A DNA stretch of 64,000 nucleotides from Eledone cirrhosa (Eukaryota), in contig OZ024753.1 in the NCBI GenBank assembly GCA_964016885.1, forward strand, positions 40,300,001 to 40,364,000, written 5' to 3'. Both the position numbers and the translations under genes were made by a program. The notes below the pieces were generated by a model that was given only the letters and a program-made list of their open reading frames with translations, was not told where the DNA came from and did no database searches. Of this stretch, positions 1-13,570 are shown one piece after another; the first letter of the stretch is position 1; every line of letters starts with the position of its first letter.

Positions 1-138
1 GAGACAGCCAACGATAAAGAGAGAGAGAGAGAGTGTGTGTGTGTGTGTGTGCGAGAGAGAAATAGAGAGAGAAAGAGAGACACAGAGAGAGACAGAGAGA
101 AAGCGAGAGAGAAAGAGAGAGACTGAGAGAGAGAGAGA

Positions 139-178
<40 letters not shown>

Positions 179-680
179 TCTTCATGACTATTGCGTTGGT
201 CGTCTTCTAAATACGACACTCTCCCATCTACACACCTACCACTTACAAAATGGAGCAATTGTAAAACAATAAAAAATACACACTCACACACACACACTCT
301 CCCACACACACACACTCACACACTCACACACACACTCTCTCACACACACACTCACACACATACACACACACACTCACACACAAACACACACTCACACACA
401 CTCTCTCACACACACACTCACACACACTCACACACACACTCTCAAACACACACACTCACACACATACACACACACACTCACACACACACACACAAACACA
501 CACTTACACACACACTCTCACACACACACTCACACACATACAAACACACACTCACACACACACAAACACACACTCACACACACACTCTCTCACACACACA
601 CTCACACACATACACACACACACACTCACAAACACACACTCACAAACACACACACTCACACATACAACTATATATATATA
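1..680. repeat. (GA)n/(GT)n and degenerate (CA)n microsatellites
   Basis: Direct reading; the HT-rich ORF 191-730 is a translation of the CA tract. Confidence 0.95.
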
Positions 681-844
681 ATTCACATCATTTCCCATCA
701 ATATTGTCTTTATATATGTACGTGGTGTGATCGTTTGTCTAAATTTTGGAGAAGGTCAATTGTGCATCTCTCTTGATAAAGGAGCTGCTTTACAACTTGA
801 AGTATCCAACCAAACAAACAACAAAAAAAGCTCATCCCCTCATA

Positions 845-962
845 ACTATAATTTATATATTATAAATATAATTTATATACATAAATATAATTTATATACA
901 TAAATATAATTTATATACATAAATATAATTTATATACTATAAATATAATTTATATACATAAA
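845..962. repeat. 20-bp AT-rich minisatellite (ataaatataatttatatac)
   Basis: About 5-6 tandem copies visible. Confidence 0.85.
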
Positions 963-1475
963 TGACAATTGCTGTCTGTTTGTCTGTTTGTGAACCTAAA
1001 ACTCAAAAACTACCAAACAGATCTTGAAGAAACTTGACACGTGTGTGGGGCTCATACCCATTTGATTTCTTACGTTTAGTTCATTTTAATCAAAGGGTTC
1101 CCCGGGGACACAACCACCCACTGAAAATGTTTTCCCTTCGATTTATATTAAATTTAAGCCACAAGTAAATGACAAGATATGAAGCCTATTCACAAAATTT
1201 CAGAAAATTTCAATAATATTAAGACACCCTAATGGGAATTAAGCCCCCTATAGTGAACATAACTTGAGTATTGGAACCTCTATTATCACGGGGGTTTTCT
1301 ATTAAGTAAATGTAAATCAACAAAAAAAGCACCTCACTTTTATAGTAAAATTTGGCTAATTTAAACATTTTATCTATGGCAAAACCTCACTAGAATTATG
1401 ACAACAAAAATTATTAGTTAATGCCTCTACTTTTTTATGTGTGAAACGCAGCAAGGCGCGGGTAATTCGGTTAGT
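950..1475 (+). mobile_element. Non-autonomous Helitron-like relic
   Basis: 5' part with tgtctgtttgtctgtttg; 3' end gcagcaaggcgcgggtaattcggttagt resembles the Helitron GC hairpin plus CTAG terminus. Resemblance only. Confidence 0.4.
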
Positions 1476-1862
1476 ATGGTCATAAACTTCTTCCTCGACG
1501 CTCTTGTAATAAGCTTCTTCCTCTGGAGTTTCCCAGTGACTGTCCTAAAATACTCAACAACACTGATTACTGTGATGCTAGCTAAGGTTCTTAGTCAATT
1601 GTTTACATCACCATCTTCATGAACTTGTCGACATAGAGATTTATTTGTGGATCGGGACAATTAGGTCTATAGTTAGGCTAATGTAATGGCCTTGGGAAAT
1701 ATTGTGTCGTCATTTCTACTATCAAAACAGATCATCTTACATCATTGCAGGTTTTACTGAAGATGCAATCTGACATTTGTTCATTTTCCCAAGTCGTGAG
1801 CCCATTAAACAGATTCATACTCGAGTCCTTCCATTTATGGTGTCATCGTCGAAGCTCTATAA

Positions 1863-2151
1863 CAGACATAGGCAACCTTTTTCGAGAAGTGGGCCGCATG
1901 AGATATGGCTTGTCATCAGACGGGCCGCAAGCGCTAATTTACATTCGTGCCCACATTTAAAAACGGCGGTAACTCAGGTTGTTTTGAGTTGTTTCTTCAG
2001 AATTTGTAAACCTTGTTTTCCTCGATCGTAAAAATGATAGAAAGATAAATTACGACTGAAAAGTTGGGGTAAAAATATCAAAAAGATTTCATTTAGGTGA
2101 CTTAGGTGAACCATTCAGAAAGCTCCGCGGGCCGCAGGTTGCCCGTGACTG
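1863..2151. mobile_element. hAT-type MITE
   Basis: Imperfect TIRs cagacataggcaacc / ggttgcccgtgactg; perfect 8-bp TSD ctctataa at 1855-1862 and 2152-2159. Confidence 0.85.
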
Positions 2152-2369
2152 CTCTATAACAATCTTGGGGTGTGTTTTCCCTTTATTAGTGTTGTAACCT
2201 GTATGGAACTGGCTCTTGATTCCAATTTTACAACAGATGTGGTTTTGGATGTCCAAAACACAACAGTTCAGTGGTTGTCTCTCCACTGTGTCTCAAGTTG
2301 TCACATGTCCTGCCATAATGCCATAATGGTAAAGGTCTTTATACATCTAAAGAGGGAAATAGATACAAA

Positions 2370-2414
<45 letters not shown>

Positions 2415-2417
<3 letters not shown>

Positions 2418-2612
2418 AACAAAGAAAGTATGGTGAGAAACCATGTGGACCATAACGCACCAGAGTACTCGATACTTAGTGTAGGAGAGTGGGTAATACG
2501 ATAAGAGCCAGGACCTCGACGGCTGAGCTCCGGCCGTTTCGACAACGAGATCCGAGCAGTTCGAATCTAGCTGTCGAAACGGTCGGAGCTCAGCCGTCGG
2601 GGTCCTGACTCT
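2415..2612. mobile_element. PLE-like fold-back module, family A (GAGCTC stem-loop)
   Basis: Inverted arms around ~2550. Related copies at 6365-6556, 15168-15300, 17040-17110, 21533-21730, 21810-21873, 22917-23127, 23569-23637, 23716-23854, 58312-58499, all abutting (TA)n. Carries the 3' half of a hammerhead (GAAA-CGGC..GCCG-TC). Confidence 0.65.
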
Positions 2613-2639
2613 TGGATGGGTAAAATTGCCGAGATCATG

Positions 2640-2850
2640 GTTCTTTTCAATGGCTGATAATACCTTACCGACACCACTCGAATAAGGTAATTATTTAAGC
2701 CATAAACGAGGCCCTAACAGGTACTAATACTTCGGGCCAGAGCAGACCTGGGAGCAATAACAACTATGGTTTAACTCCACATTCCCAAAAGCTCCTGAAA
2801 TCCCGAACTGGAGCCTTGCCACTGGATGCAGTTTAATGTCATACCCAGTA
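2640..2850. mobile_element. Interspersed repeat fragment (retroposon-like)
   Basis: ccctaacaggtact..gacctgggagcaat..ctccacattccc..ggagcc..gatgcagtttaatgtcatacccag resembles an abundant octopus repeat, from recall only; single copy here. Confidence 0.35.
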
Positions 2851-3005
2851 ATATATATATCTAGATCTACCAACTTATAATATTATAAAATTAAATCAAA
2901 TTATTTAAAACTCCAAGTGAAGTCATTCTTTTCCTTTTTTTCCAAATATACCTAACTGTACCAAGGACCTCACACATTTTCCAATATATCTATCTATCTA
3001 TCTAT

Positions 3006-3508
<503 letters not shown>

Positions 3509-4023
3509 CGTGTGTGTGTATGTATATCAGTATGCATATTTTGTATAGCTAGCGGTATAAATTATAGAGGCATGTATGAATGAAAACTTATACATTATAT
3601 TTATGTATAATGAACATACATAAATCTCTCTATAATTTTTAGTCACTGTGTGAGGATGTTTCATGGTTTTTATCCATCCTCAGTGATTTATTCTCACTCG
3701 GTAGTCAAGCAGAAAAAGATATAGCTAATATAGAATTTACTAATGGGACATCCAAGAAAGTATTTGGATTAATTAGTAAAATGATATATTTTCACACACA
3801 GACAAACATACAGACGCACACACTGACACAGATACACACACACCGTCAGAGATACACATACTCACACACACATGCACCTCGTCACATACACAGGCACACA
3901 CACACACACATGCTTAAGGTTGATGTTGTTGTTGGTATTACTGTTCCTTGCGTTTAAGTGTCATGTTGTTTTATCATCTGAGCATACGGAAAACACAGGT
4001 TGAACCTACTCCACTTGTTACTG

Positions 4024-4132
<109 letters not shown>

Positions 4133-4142
4133 ACACACACAC

Positions 4143-4206
<64 letters not shown>

Positions 4207-4251
4207 ACACACACAAACACACATATATATATATGTATATATATGTATATA

Positions 4252-4340
<89 letters not shown>

Positions 4341-4354
4341 GTATATATATATAT

Positions 4355-4891
4355 ATTGTTATACTTTGGGAGGGTCATGTTGCCAATAAGAAACACACGC
4401 ACCAGTTGCTTTCACTTCAATTTATTATATATTTATAAATTTACAAATTTATAAATTTATAAGTTTCTGGGTGGTTGGTTGGTTCTACAACCAGATAGTT
4501 GTTTATATATAGTCATAGTCCTTTCGTAGTCCTACGCCATTTTGTTTCTGTGTGTGTGTCACACACACAGAAACAAAATGGCGTAGGACAGAGAAAGGAG
4601 AGGCACAGAAACAAAGAAAGGAATCCCCAGTCACTGAAGAGGTCACAGAGTGTGTGACGAAAGGACTATGACTATATATAAACAACTATCTGGTTGTGGA
4701 ACCAACCAACCAACCAACCAGAAATTTATAAATTTATAAATTTGTAAATTTATAAATATATAATAAATTGAAGTGAAAGCAACTGGTGCGTGTGTTTCTT
4801 ATTGGCAACATGACCCTCCCAAAGTATAACAATATCGGTTTCAACACACGCTTTCAGATAAAGAATCTTGCTAAACAAATTCAGAAACGAA
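4355..4891. mobile_element. PLE-like fold-back module, family B
   Basis: ~170-bp inverted arms with a one-sided tail, within (TA)n. Copies at 38645-38801 and 40598-41142; diverged copies at 41618-41898, 50300-50500, 53310-53450. Confidence 0.7.
4629..4673 (+). ncRNA. Type I hammerhead ribozyme motif (family B)
   Basis: AGTCA-CTGAAGA-G-GTCACA gagtg TGTGAC-GAAA-GGAC-TA-TGACT; stems I and II pair perfectly. Confidence 0.75.
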
Positions 4892-4901
4892 ATATATATA
4901 T

Positions 4902-4934
<33 letters not shown>

Positions 4935-4992
4935 AACACACACACACACATATATATATATATATGTATACATATATATGTATATATATATG

Positions 4993-5023
<31 letters not shown>

Positions 5024-5030
5024 GTGTATG

Positions 5031-5081
<51 letters not shown>

Positions 5082-5397
5082 TATCTACATATTTGAATTC
5101 ATACTTATTAAAGTACTTGAGGACACAATGGAAGTCATCCATCAAAACTATAAACAAGCTTGATCGTGAGAATATTTAAGTGCACTACTCTGTAAGTCTC
5201 CGTACACACAGATGCAGAGGGAGAGGCTGGTTACGATTCTGTGTAGCCATTACTGGGCCTTTATATATATGTATTGGGTTGTAACATAAATCCCCGCCGT
5301 TGTTATAGAACTTCTTAAAAAATCCAACGGCGGGAATATATGTTACAACCCAATATATATATATATATATACAGTATATGTATATATATCTATCTAT

Positions 5398-5837
5398 CTA
5401 AGGCCGGTAAAATTCCCGAGATCCATGGACGAGTTCTCTCCAGCGGTCTCTGTCCCTCATTATCGCTGCCATGTCCTGCGTCTCCAACAGACCAGTGTCT
5501 GTCCTTAGGGCATCAACATACGTTAACCTTGGTCTTCCCCTTCTAGTGTGTCCATGTAGCGGCTCCCAAAGGAGCACTGAGTGCAATGTCAACTCTGGAT
5601 GTCGGTGAGCATGTCCAGCTAACCTCAGTCTCCTCTGTGTCACCTTTGAGCTGAAAATCCGCCTCTTCATTGCTGTAGTGGAGTCTGTGCTGCTGTACGG
5701 GTCTGAGACTTGGACACTGACCAGGAAACTCACTCAGATGGTGGATGGGTGCTACACGAGAATGCTGCGGATGCTCTGAACATTAATCAGTATACACTGA
5801 GGATGAAAAACTCAGAGCTGTATGGGAGCATCCCAAA
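5398..5837 (-). mobile_element. RTE-clade LINE 3' fragment with 5' inversion
   Basis: Minus strand RRLRLAGHAHRH..GRPRLTYVDALRTDTG..RWRELV; inverted upstream segment on plus strand; same junction as the 3006 copy. Confidence 0.88.
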
Positions 5838-5879
5838 ATGTATATATATATATATGTATATGTGTGTGTGTGTGTGTGT

Positions 5880-6035
5880 ATTGGAAAAGTAAATAACAAC
5901 AACAAGGAGTACAGTTACGAAAGGTGGTAGGTATTAGGTTGACGCTTGAGAGTGGGGTGTTGGGGCGACGTTTCGGGCATAAACCCTTCATCAGGAGAAT
6001 GGTGGGAAACAGAGGAGTTCCGAGAAGGTGTGCGG

Positions 6036-6040
<5 letters not shown>
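5880..6040 (-). mobile_element. PLE-like end with hammerhead core (family H)
   Basis: Minus strand CTGATGA-AGGG tttatg CCC-GAAACGTC (5966-5994). Relatives at 28085-28316 and 41340-41550 (CTGATGA-AGGAC tagc GTCC-GAAACGTT); degenerate copy at 9350-9480. Stem I weak. Confidence 0.55.
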
Positions 6041-6066
<26 letters not shown>

Positions 6067-6298
6067 GTGTTAGAAGGCAAGACGACACGAACAAGAGATG
6101 GACAGTTTCCCTTCGTTAGTTGTCTACTACGGGTCAGGAATGTTTCGGCGTATTATAGGGTTAGGGTTAGCGTTAGGGCGCAGAAACATCCCTGACCCGT
6201 AGAAGACAACTGACGAAGGGAAACTGCCCATCTCTTGTTTGTGTCGCCTTACTTTCTAACACTCGTTATCAGTAACCACACAGCCTATCTCCCTCAAT

Positions 6299-6300
<2 letters not shown>
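6067..6300. mobile_element. Fold-back module with TTAGGG-containing loop
   Basis: ~80-bp imperfect inverted arms (6067-6147 and 6181-6262), one-sided tail, flanked by (TA)n. Confidence 0.65.
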
Positions 6301-6367
<67 letters not shown>

Positions 6368-6599
6368 AACAAGTAAGACCCCGACGGCTGAGCTCAAGCC
6401 GTTTCGACGGCTAATTCAGTACAGAATTATCCGTCGAAACGGCTTGAGCTCAGCCGTCGGGGTCTTACTTGTTCCTATTACCCACTCTACTACCCTAAGT
6501 ATTGAGTACTTTGGTGCGTTATGGTCCACCTGGTTCCTTACCACATTTCCTTCGTTATATATATATATATATATATATATATAATCCATATATATATAT

Positions 6600-6714
6600 A
6601 TGGAAATCCGCTTGGATTTTCCGTTTATTCTGGAGCATGAAACCGCGGTAAAGGCACATATAGTAAGTACTGAGAATTTTTTAAAATTTATTTTAAAACT
6701 TTTTCTCTATTTAC
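6600..6714 (+). mobile_element. 5'-truncated relative of the 485-bp repeat unit
   Basis: ccgtttatt..GAAA-CCGCGG-TA-AAGG..ttttttaaaatttatttt aligns by eye with 13131-13225. Confidence 0.6.
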
Positions 6715-6795
6715 TATATATATATATATATATATATATACGTGGGAAAGTAAGAAATCGGAGAATAGACTGTTAAAACATGTTTATTTAAAACA

Positions 6796-6835
6796 GCACC
6801 TACGTACGTTTCGCCCGGTTGGACTTCTCAAGGGC
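6796..6835 (-). ncRNA. Hammerhead motif, U3-A8 core variant
   Basis: Minus strand GCCC-TTGAGAA-GTCC aacc GGGC-GAAA-CGTACG-TA-GGTGC. Confidence 0.6.
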
Positions 6836-7013
6836 ATAAATAATCAAAAGTGTTCCTTACGCTCTGCTAATTCTCTAGCCCACTAAATATTAACACTTCG
6901 AATATTTAATACTGCCGGCACTAGTATCGAGCACCTCTGGCATACGCTACTTGGCAAATAACTATATGTATCACCTATCCTCCCCTTTTATTCTCTCTCT
7001 CGATACGTAAATA

Positions 7014-7071
<58 letters not shown>

Positions 7072-7989
7072 CTGTGTGTGTATCAGATAGGTTGTGGTTG
7101 GAAAGAGTTGTCAGAGAAAATTGAGAACTTGATATGGCGGCCATGGATTGGAAAAAGAACCTAAAATATGGAAAAACTTGATCCAGGAAAAACTTGAACC
7201 GTTAAAGTTTTTTTTTTGGTTATGAAATATATATAATAGAATAAATATGGTTTTATAAATATAGTTTCCATTTATTTAATATCATTGTATATATATATAC
7301 TGTATATATACTGTATATATATATATATATATATATATGTACAAACATGGAATCTGCATACTGAAAACTTCTGAATTCTGGCATTAATTACAAACGTCTT
7401 TAAACGAACAGGAAGAACACCGGAAACAAAACTTTCTATTTTGTTGCATTCTTCTTCTCCCTTTCTTCCTCCTTTTCTTTCTTCTTCAATTCATTCTTCT
7501 CTACCCCCCCCCCCACCCCTCCAGCCTCATACTTCGCTAGCAACTCTTCAAATGGCGCCAGTGCTCCAGCGTAAGTCTCATTCACACGTGCAATCGTATT
7601 TCAATAGAAATTTAAGGAGTTAAGTGATCTCTCTCTCTCTCTCTCTCTATCTTTCTTTCCCTCTCTCACCCTGATTCTCTTTCGCTCCCTTTCTCTCTCT
7701 CTCTCACTACACTCTGAACATTTAGTACATATGCTAGTAAGTTTAGTCAAGTACCATATGGAGTCGAGATACTCTCTTTACATACGCGCAGTCTCTCTCT
7801 CTCAACTCTCTCCTTCACTCTTTTACACACGCACATGTATTTATTTGCTGCTTGTTTGTTACTAAATTCACTGATATTTCTCCGGTCATGCTGGGGCACT
7901 ACCTTTAAAGTTCATAGGTGTTCACAAGAATCCCAGTACTAATTCACACCACACGTCACCCCTTGATTTATTTTAGAATTCTTTAGGAC

Positions 7990-8472
7990 GGTGGATTGGC
8001 AAGATCAGAAGAGGGTCGGACGCCATGCTTTGCAGCATAGAGTTACGTCACTTTACGGCCATTTCTATAGAAAATTCTGAAAGTAGGTTTATAAGGAAAA
8101 AAAAACCATAACCGGGAATCCTAGACAAGTTCCAACTCCAGACCAGAACTTTTGCCGTCTATGGTACTTCCCACTCGGCTAACGAGACAGCTATACGAAT
8201 CAGTAGAAAATTAATCATTATAAACCTACTTTCAAAATTGAAGTAACAGGAGATGTTCACGGCTTTCTTAGTGCTATTAGAGCATCGGACATCATGCTTT
8301 GCAGCATAGAGTTACGTCCCTTTGTGGTTTGAGTTCAAATCCCACCGAGGTTAACTTTGCCTTTCATCCTTACGGGGTCGATAAAATAAAGTACCAGTCA
8401 CGCACTGGGTCGATTTAATCGACTTTTCCTTCCCCCAAATTGCTGGCCTTGTGCCTATATAAGAAACTATTA
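7990..8472 (+). mobile_element. tRNA-SINE pieces (7990-8047, 8277-8472) around a tRNA-like module (8075-8245)
   Basis: SINE body gagttcaaatccc..actttgcctttcatccttacggggtcgataaaataaagtaccagt; the middle module is homologous, in inverted orientation, to 53716-53860. Confidence 0.75.
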
Positions 8473-8499
8473 TTTTAGAGTTCTTTATTTCTCAAATCG

Positions 8500-8780
8500 A
8501 TTTGTTAGGGATGGCGAAAGTTTTCGATTCGATACAGGCGGCATCAATATTGGATTTAAGAACCGATAATGTTTCTGAACATTGAAGTCAACGAACACGA
8601 TATTTTCAGAGATGGAAGAAGTGAGATAGATTTCTTAAAGGACAAAACAGATGAGGTAAGAGAGCTGTTCGTAGTTGGACAATTTTGGTCTTTGGCTGAA
8701 CGTCCCGTCTATTCAAGGATAGTGATGCGATTGCAGAGCCTTTCCTGTCCAGAGGAAGTGACTGTCGATGTCTCTACAGC
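8500..8780 (-). pseudogene. Decayed LINE APE-endonuclease fragment
   Basis: Minus strand ENIVFVDFNV.. then, after a frameshift, SNIDAACIESKTFAIPN, resembling the GDFNVH..TD.AG....FA..N region of LINE endonucleases. Confidence 0.35.
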
Positions 8781-9495
8781 TTGCTGTGCACACATGCATC
8801 TGGCCTCTCCTTCTCAACTGTGTCTCCAGCAACACCTTCCCGTGGTACCTCATACGTTGTTGTGCCTTTGTTTTCATTATTGATGCAACTATTAGCCGAT
8901 GTGGACATCGTCAAGACGTATATATCATTCAGATACCACCAGTTTACTTCATTTAATCCAACTTTTTCACAGTTAAGGAATAATTTAGTAATAACCACAT
9001 TAACTGCTTTACTATCTACACTTTATAATCTCTACCATACTTATTAACTTCTCGTATTCTCATTAAGTTGTTTGAATTTTTCAAACCTCTTCTACAACGT
9101 ATATCCCACTTATATTATCAAACCCCTGCCCAAGGATAATCACTTTCTTTTCCGGATTTGTTTCCATATTTAAGCGAAACCTAACCACACCCATATTTAA
9201 CAAACCTCTGGATATTCCACATCTGAAATATATATGGCACTTATCCAAAATGGTTGTCTAAGCCCGCATGCTTACCTCATGTAAACATTTTATTTGTTTT
9301 CCTATTTGTCTTACTCTAGTCTACTCATCTATTGGTGTTTCAATCTCTCATTCTATCTTTCGACAAAGGAATAATGTCCGAAATTTTAAGAGACTCTCTT
9401 TGCTTTATTGAGTGATAAACTAATATACATCATCCCTGTACTGTATTGTGTTCTTGTGTTTTGTTTTCTCGTTGAAATTTAGCGTATATATATGT

Positions 9496-9577
<82 letters not shown>

Positions 9578-9738
9578 TATATATATATATACATATATAT
9601 ATATATACATATACATATATATATACATACATATATATATATATATATACCGTATATAGCAGCTTAGACTTTGTCGCTTCAATGATGACGTAATCGATTC
9701 TGTGCGAGAGAGAAAGAGCTGAGGTGTGTATGTGTGTT

Positions 9739-9799
<61 letters not shown>

Positions 9800-10904
9800 T
9801 GGGTGTGAGTCTGTGAACATGTGGTAGTGGTGATAGTGGAGGGGAGGCTACAGTGTCAAGTGGAACACAGGAAGCTTACGATACTAATCTAGTACTTCCG
9901 GAAGTATTTATTGTACATGGATGCGTTTCCAAATAACTAAAGGTCAATAATTTACTTACAATGACCTGCTGCTAAAAATAATCCTGTGAGAACCATTTCA
10001 CATATTACTTCATCGTTTTATTTATATATTAATTTTATTATTTATTTATTTATATATTTATTTATTGTTCATTTATTTATTTATTTGTTTTGTTTATTTA
10101 TTTTGTTTTTGTTTATTTATTATATATTTAAATATGTTGACATTGATATTTCATTTATTCCGCCATTATCTCTTATATCATATTCTGCTAAGAAGAAAAA
10201 AAATGGCGTCTTCTGTCGATTAAAACTTTAGTTGCGTCGGTCGGATGCATATCGTTGAAAACTAAACATTACCTGAGGGTGGTATCGCTATTCCTCATCC
10301 GTAACACTGTGACTGATGCAGTTTTGCCCTTTATTCGCTTTGCAGGGGTAGGGAGCAAGTAAAATATTTGTTAGAGTTTCTCAAACGGAGACTCTTGCTT
10401 AAAACAGCTTGGGAGGCACGAGTATCAGTTGAGTAAATCGATATCATTATATGACTAGTACAATGTAAAGTACCAGTAATGCACTGGGTAATTGCTGGCC
10501 TTGTGCCTAAAGTAGAAACAATTATATGACTAGTACCTTTTTTGTATCGGCATTAAAATGATGAATAGTAATATAGAATAAGTTGCTAATTTGCTAGAAT
10601 AGTCTGAACGATACATTTAAATATCTGAACGTTATTTCTGTCGCATCGACATGTATAGTTGACAAATATCAGCTACACGAATCGTTTAGCAATAAGAAGA
10701 TGATGTAGTTTGCAAAGACAGTAAGATTGTTGAGACAGACATTTTAAAGACTGGTTTGTTGTGATTCATCGTAGATAAAATCAACTTCATAAGTGCTTGT
10801 GTCAGTTTGACTGCCAACGTGTGTCTCTATTAAGCAATTAGACAAAATTATGCAAAGCATTTCCAAAGTTATATTGCTCGACACTATTGTAGAAGCTTCC
10901 ACAA

Positions 10905-11062
10905 CAGGTTCCATGGAACGTGTTCATGTGACCTTTCGAGATCTATGAAACAAGGATGCTCTACTTGACAACACTCCCATCATTCTCCCAAGATCTCCCA
11001 TGATCTGCCACAGTGTGAATATTTGGTCTGCTGTGCTGCATCCAAAACGAAGACCACACTGT
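10905..11062 (-). pseudogene. RTE reverse transcriptase fragment
   Basis: Minus strand QCGLRFGCSTADQIFTLWQIM..CFIDLERSHEHVP, matching QxGFRxxRSTxDQIFxLRQ..FxDLEKAYDxVP. Confidence 0.75.
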
Positions 11063-11144
11063 TCGTCAGCTAGTTTGAACTCGATAATATCCCTACATCT
11101 CTTTGCCAGACATTAACCAAGCGCGTCTCTCTTGCCGTCCACCG

Positions 11145-11239
11145 GGGGAAACGCCTTCTCCATTCTGTCCGCCGGGGCTGTGCAGAGGCCACCAATATGA
11201 TTGACTGACTTGTCATTTTATCAGTCAGATGTTCTAATG

Positions 11240-11241
<2 letters not shown>
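11145..11241 (+). repeat. Dispersed ~95-bp repeat ending at (TA)n
   Basis: Near-identical copy at 37513-37610. Confidence 0.7.
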
Positions 11242-11282
<41 letters not shown>

Positions 11283-11283
11283 G

Positions 11284-11403
<120 letters not shown>

Positions 11404-11432
11404 CACATATATCTGTGTACCCCTCATTATTA

Positions 11433-11620
11433 TGGTGGATTGGCAGTATCGGTAGAGGGTCGGACGCCATGCTTTGACGCATAGAGTTACGGCCCTTGCC
11501 ATTCTGAGTTCAAATCACGCCGAGGTTAACTTTGCCTTTCATCCTTACGGAGGTCGATAAAATAAAGTACCAGTAATGCACTGGATAATTGCTGGCCTTG
11601 TGCCAAAAGTAGAAACAATT
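11433..11620 (+). mobile_element. Full-length tRNA-derived SINE (representative copy)
   Basis: A-box tggcagtatcgg, B-box gagttcaaatc, conserved body, (att)n tail. Other plus copies: 10460-10525, 17625-17737, 19718-19903, 20872-21063, 31661-31863, 39548-39632, 39658-39850. Confidence 0.9.
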
Positions 11621-11639
11621 ATATATATATATATATATA

Positions 11640-11895
11640 TGTAGGAGGTGAGTTTTATTGTAGTACAATAAAGCAATGCAGATATCGGATAAGAAGCACT
11701 CTACAGTTTGTGGGACTGGAGTATGCATAATATAAGATCAAAAGATGGTTGAAGGAGTTCCATATATTTTATTATGCGCATTTCAAAAACAAACATCATC
11801 AAGCAATAATATTTGTGTTTTCATCAGATAAAACAGGAGAACATGATATGAAGGCTAAAAAAACACTTGTGGATAGTGCAGTTTTAAATCAACAT
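11640..11895 (-). mobile_element. PLE-like module family D with hammerhead (11766-11834)
   Basis: Single-arm copy of the modules at 38845-39243 and 55685-56119. Confidence 0.7.
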
Positions 11896-11983
11896 ATGGG
11901 GCAATCTCATAGATTCATATGCATATAGTTTATTTAAACTAATCCATTTCATACACACACACACACACACACACATATGCATA

Positions 11984-12373
11984 TGGTGGCTGCCCCCTCG
12001 TTATCGAGTATGGCCATTGAACGATATAACATTATTAATAATTATTAATTAATTGTTTCTACTATTGTCACAAGGCCAGCAATCACCCAGTACATTACTG
12101 GTACTTTATTTTATCGACCCCGTAAGGATGAAAGGCAAAGTTAACCTAGGCGAGATTTGAACACAGAATGGCAAGGGCCGTAACTCTATGCGTCAAAGCA
12201 TGGTGTCCGACCCTCTACCGAATTAATAATTATTAATTAATGCTATCGTGCAATGCTTGTGCGTGAAGATTCTTTTTTAAGTGAGGAAAGAATATGCACT
12301 GAGCCAATCCCACTCTTTGAGCAAAAGTAGCTATAACCCGAAAAGAAGAAAAGCTCAACATCATCGGTAACTA
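11984..12373 (-). mobile_element. Short RTE-derived element interrupted by a SINE (12054-12221, minus)
   Basis: Uninterrupted homologue at 18212-18560; 20-bp TSD attaataattattaattaat at 12034-12053 and 12222-12241. Confidence 0.8.
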
Positions 12374-12850
12374 CATATGCATATATATACATATATATTT
12401 ATATGTGTGTATGTGTCTGTAAGTGTGTGTATCTGTGTTTGTACGCACGTCTATATGCATTTAGTTTATTTAATCTAATCCATTTAATACACATACGCAT
12501 ACACACACAAACACCAATGCATATGCATATATACATATATATTTATATGTGTGTTCGTGTGTTTTTGCGTGTGTCTGGAATAAAACATATGTTAGATATC
12601 CGCTCATTCTTCAGCTCTTAATTTTCTTCCGAATTTCTTGAAGGAAAAATCTGGGAAAAATAGCAATGTGAAATTGGAAGATGCCAAGTGTAAGCAGTAA
12701 AATTTTTGATTTCCTTTATTGGCAAGTTTCTTTATTATAATTAATAACATGTGAAGTGTGAGACTGTCTGTGAATACTTATACCATGTGGTTACGTTTCG
12801 TTAAAATAATTTTTTTTCTTCTCATTTCTCGATTATATCGTATGTGTGTG

Positions 12851-12987
<137 letters not shown>

Positions 12988-13085
12988 ATAAATGTATATA
13001 TATACATATATATCTCAGGAACAGTTTTGGATAGCGCTAGTTCGTAATTTAAATTCAAGAATTTTATATTCTTCGAATGAAAAGA

Positions 13086-13168
13086 ACCTTCTGACGAGAA
13101 TCTTTCTTTGCAACGAAGGCCGTATGGTCTCCGTTTATTTTTGGGATTCGAAACCGATCGGTAAAGGT
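13086..13168 (+). ncRNA. Type I hammerhead ribozyme, array copy 1
   Basis: ACCTT-CTGACGA-GAATCTT..GGGATTC-GAAA-CCGATCGG-TA-AAGGT; predicted cleavage after GUA at 13163. Confidence 0.85.
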
Positions 13169-13570
13169 AACTATAGTAGGTAAAGTCAATTTTTTAAAAT
13201 TTATTTTGAAACTTTTTCATTATTTGCTAAACCTTGTTTATATATGTTCTGGCTCGTTAATTTATTAACCTGCCATTGAACCACATTGGCATTTGGTTGG
13301 ACAATACATGCGTCCCTTAGCGCCTTATGCGTGAAGGAACACATATCCTATTATTACTACTCTCCGCTATTGTTGAGAGACAAATTGGGTTGTTCCGACT
13401 GCTGCTAGTGATAGTTGCGGCCGGTTTGACCTACCTCCCTCTGCCTCTATCTTTACTTCGGCCCTTGAAAAAATTGATTCCACTTCATTCACTCTCATCT
13501 CAGGAACAGTTTTGGATAGCGCTAGTTCGTAATTTAAATTCAAGAATTTTATATTCTTCGAATGAAAAGA

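Noticed and set aside
7545-7600. AAATGGCG (YY1-like) and CACGTG sites as a promoter; similar motif at 10200
   Set aside because: Short motifs with no associated gene evidence.
8768-8956. NCVSSN..YLIRC as a PLE GIY-YIG remnant
   Set aside because: No YIG/ETGR or other downstream motifs; likely chance.
11433-11525. SINE heads as tRNA genes
   Set aside because: A and B boxes are present but there is no cloverleaf, and they continue into the SINE body.
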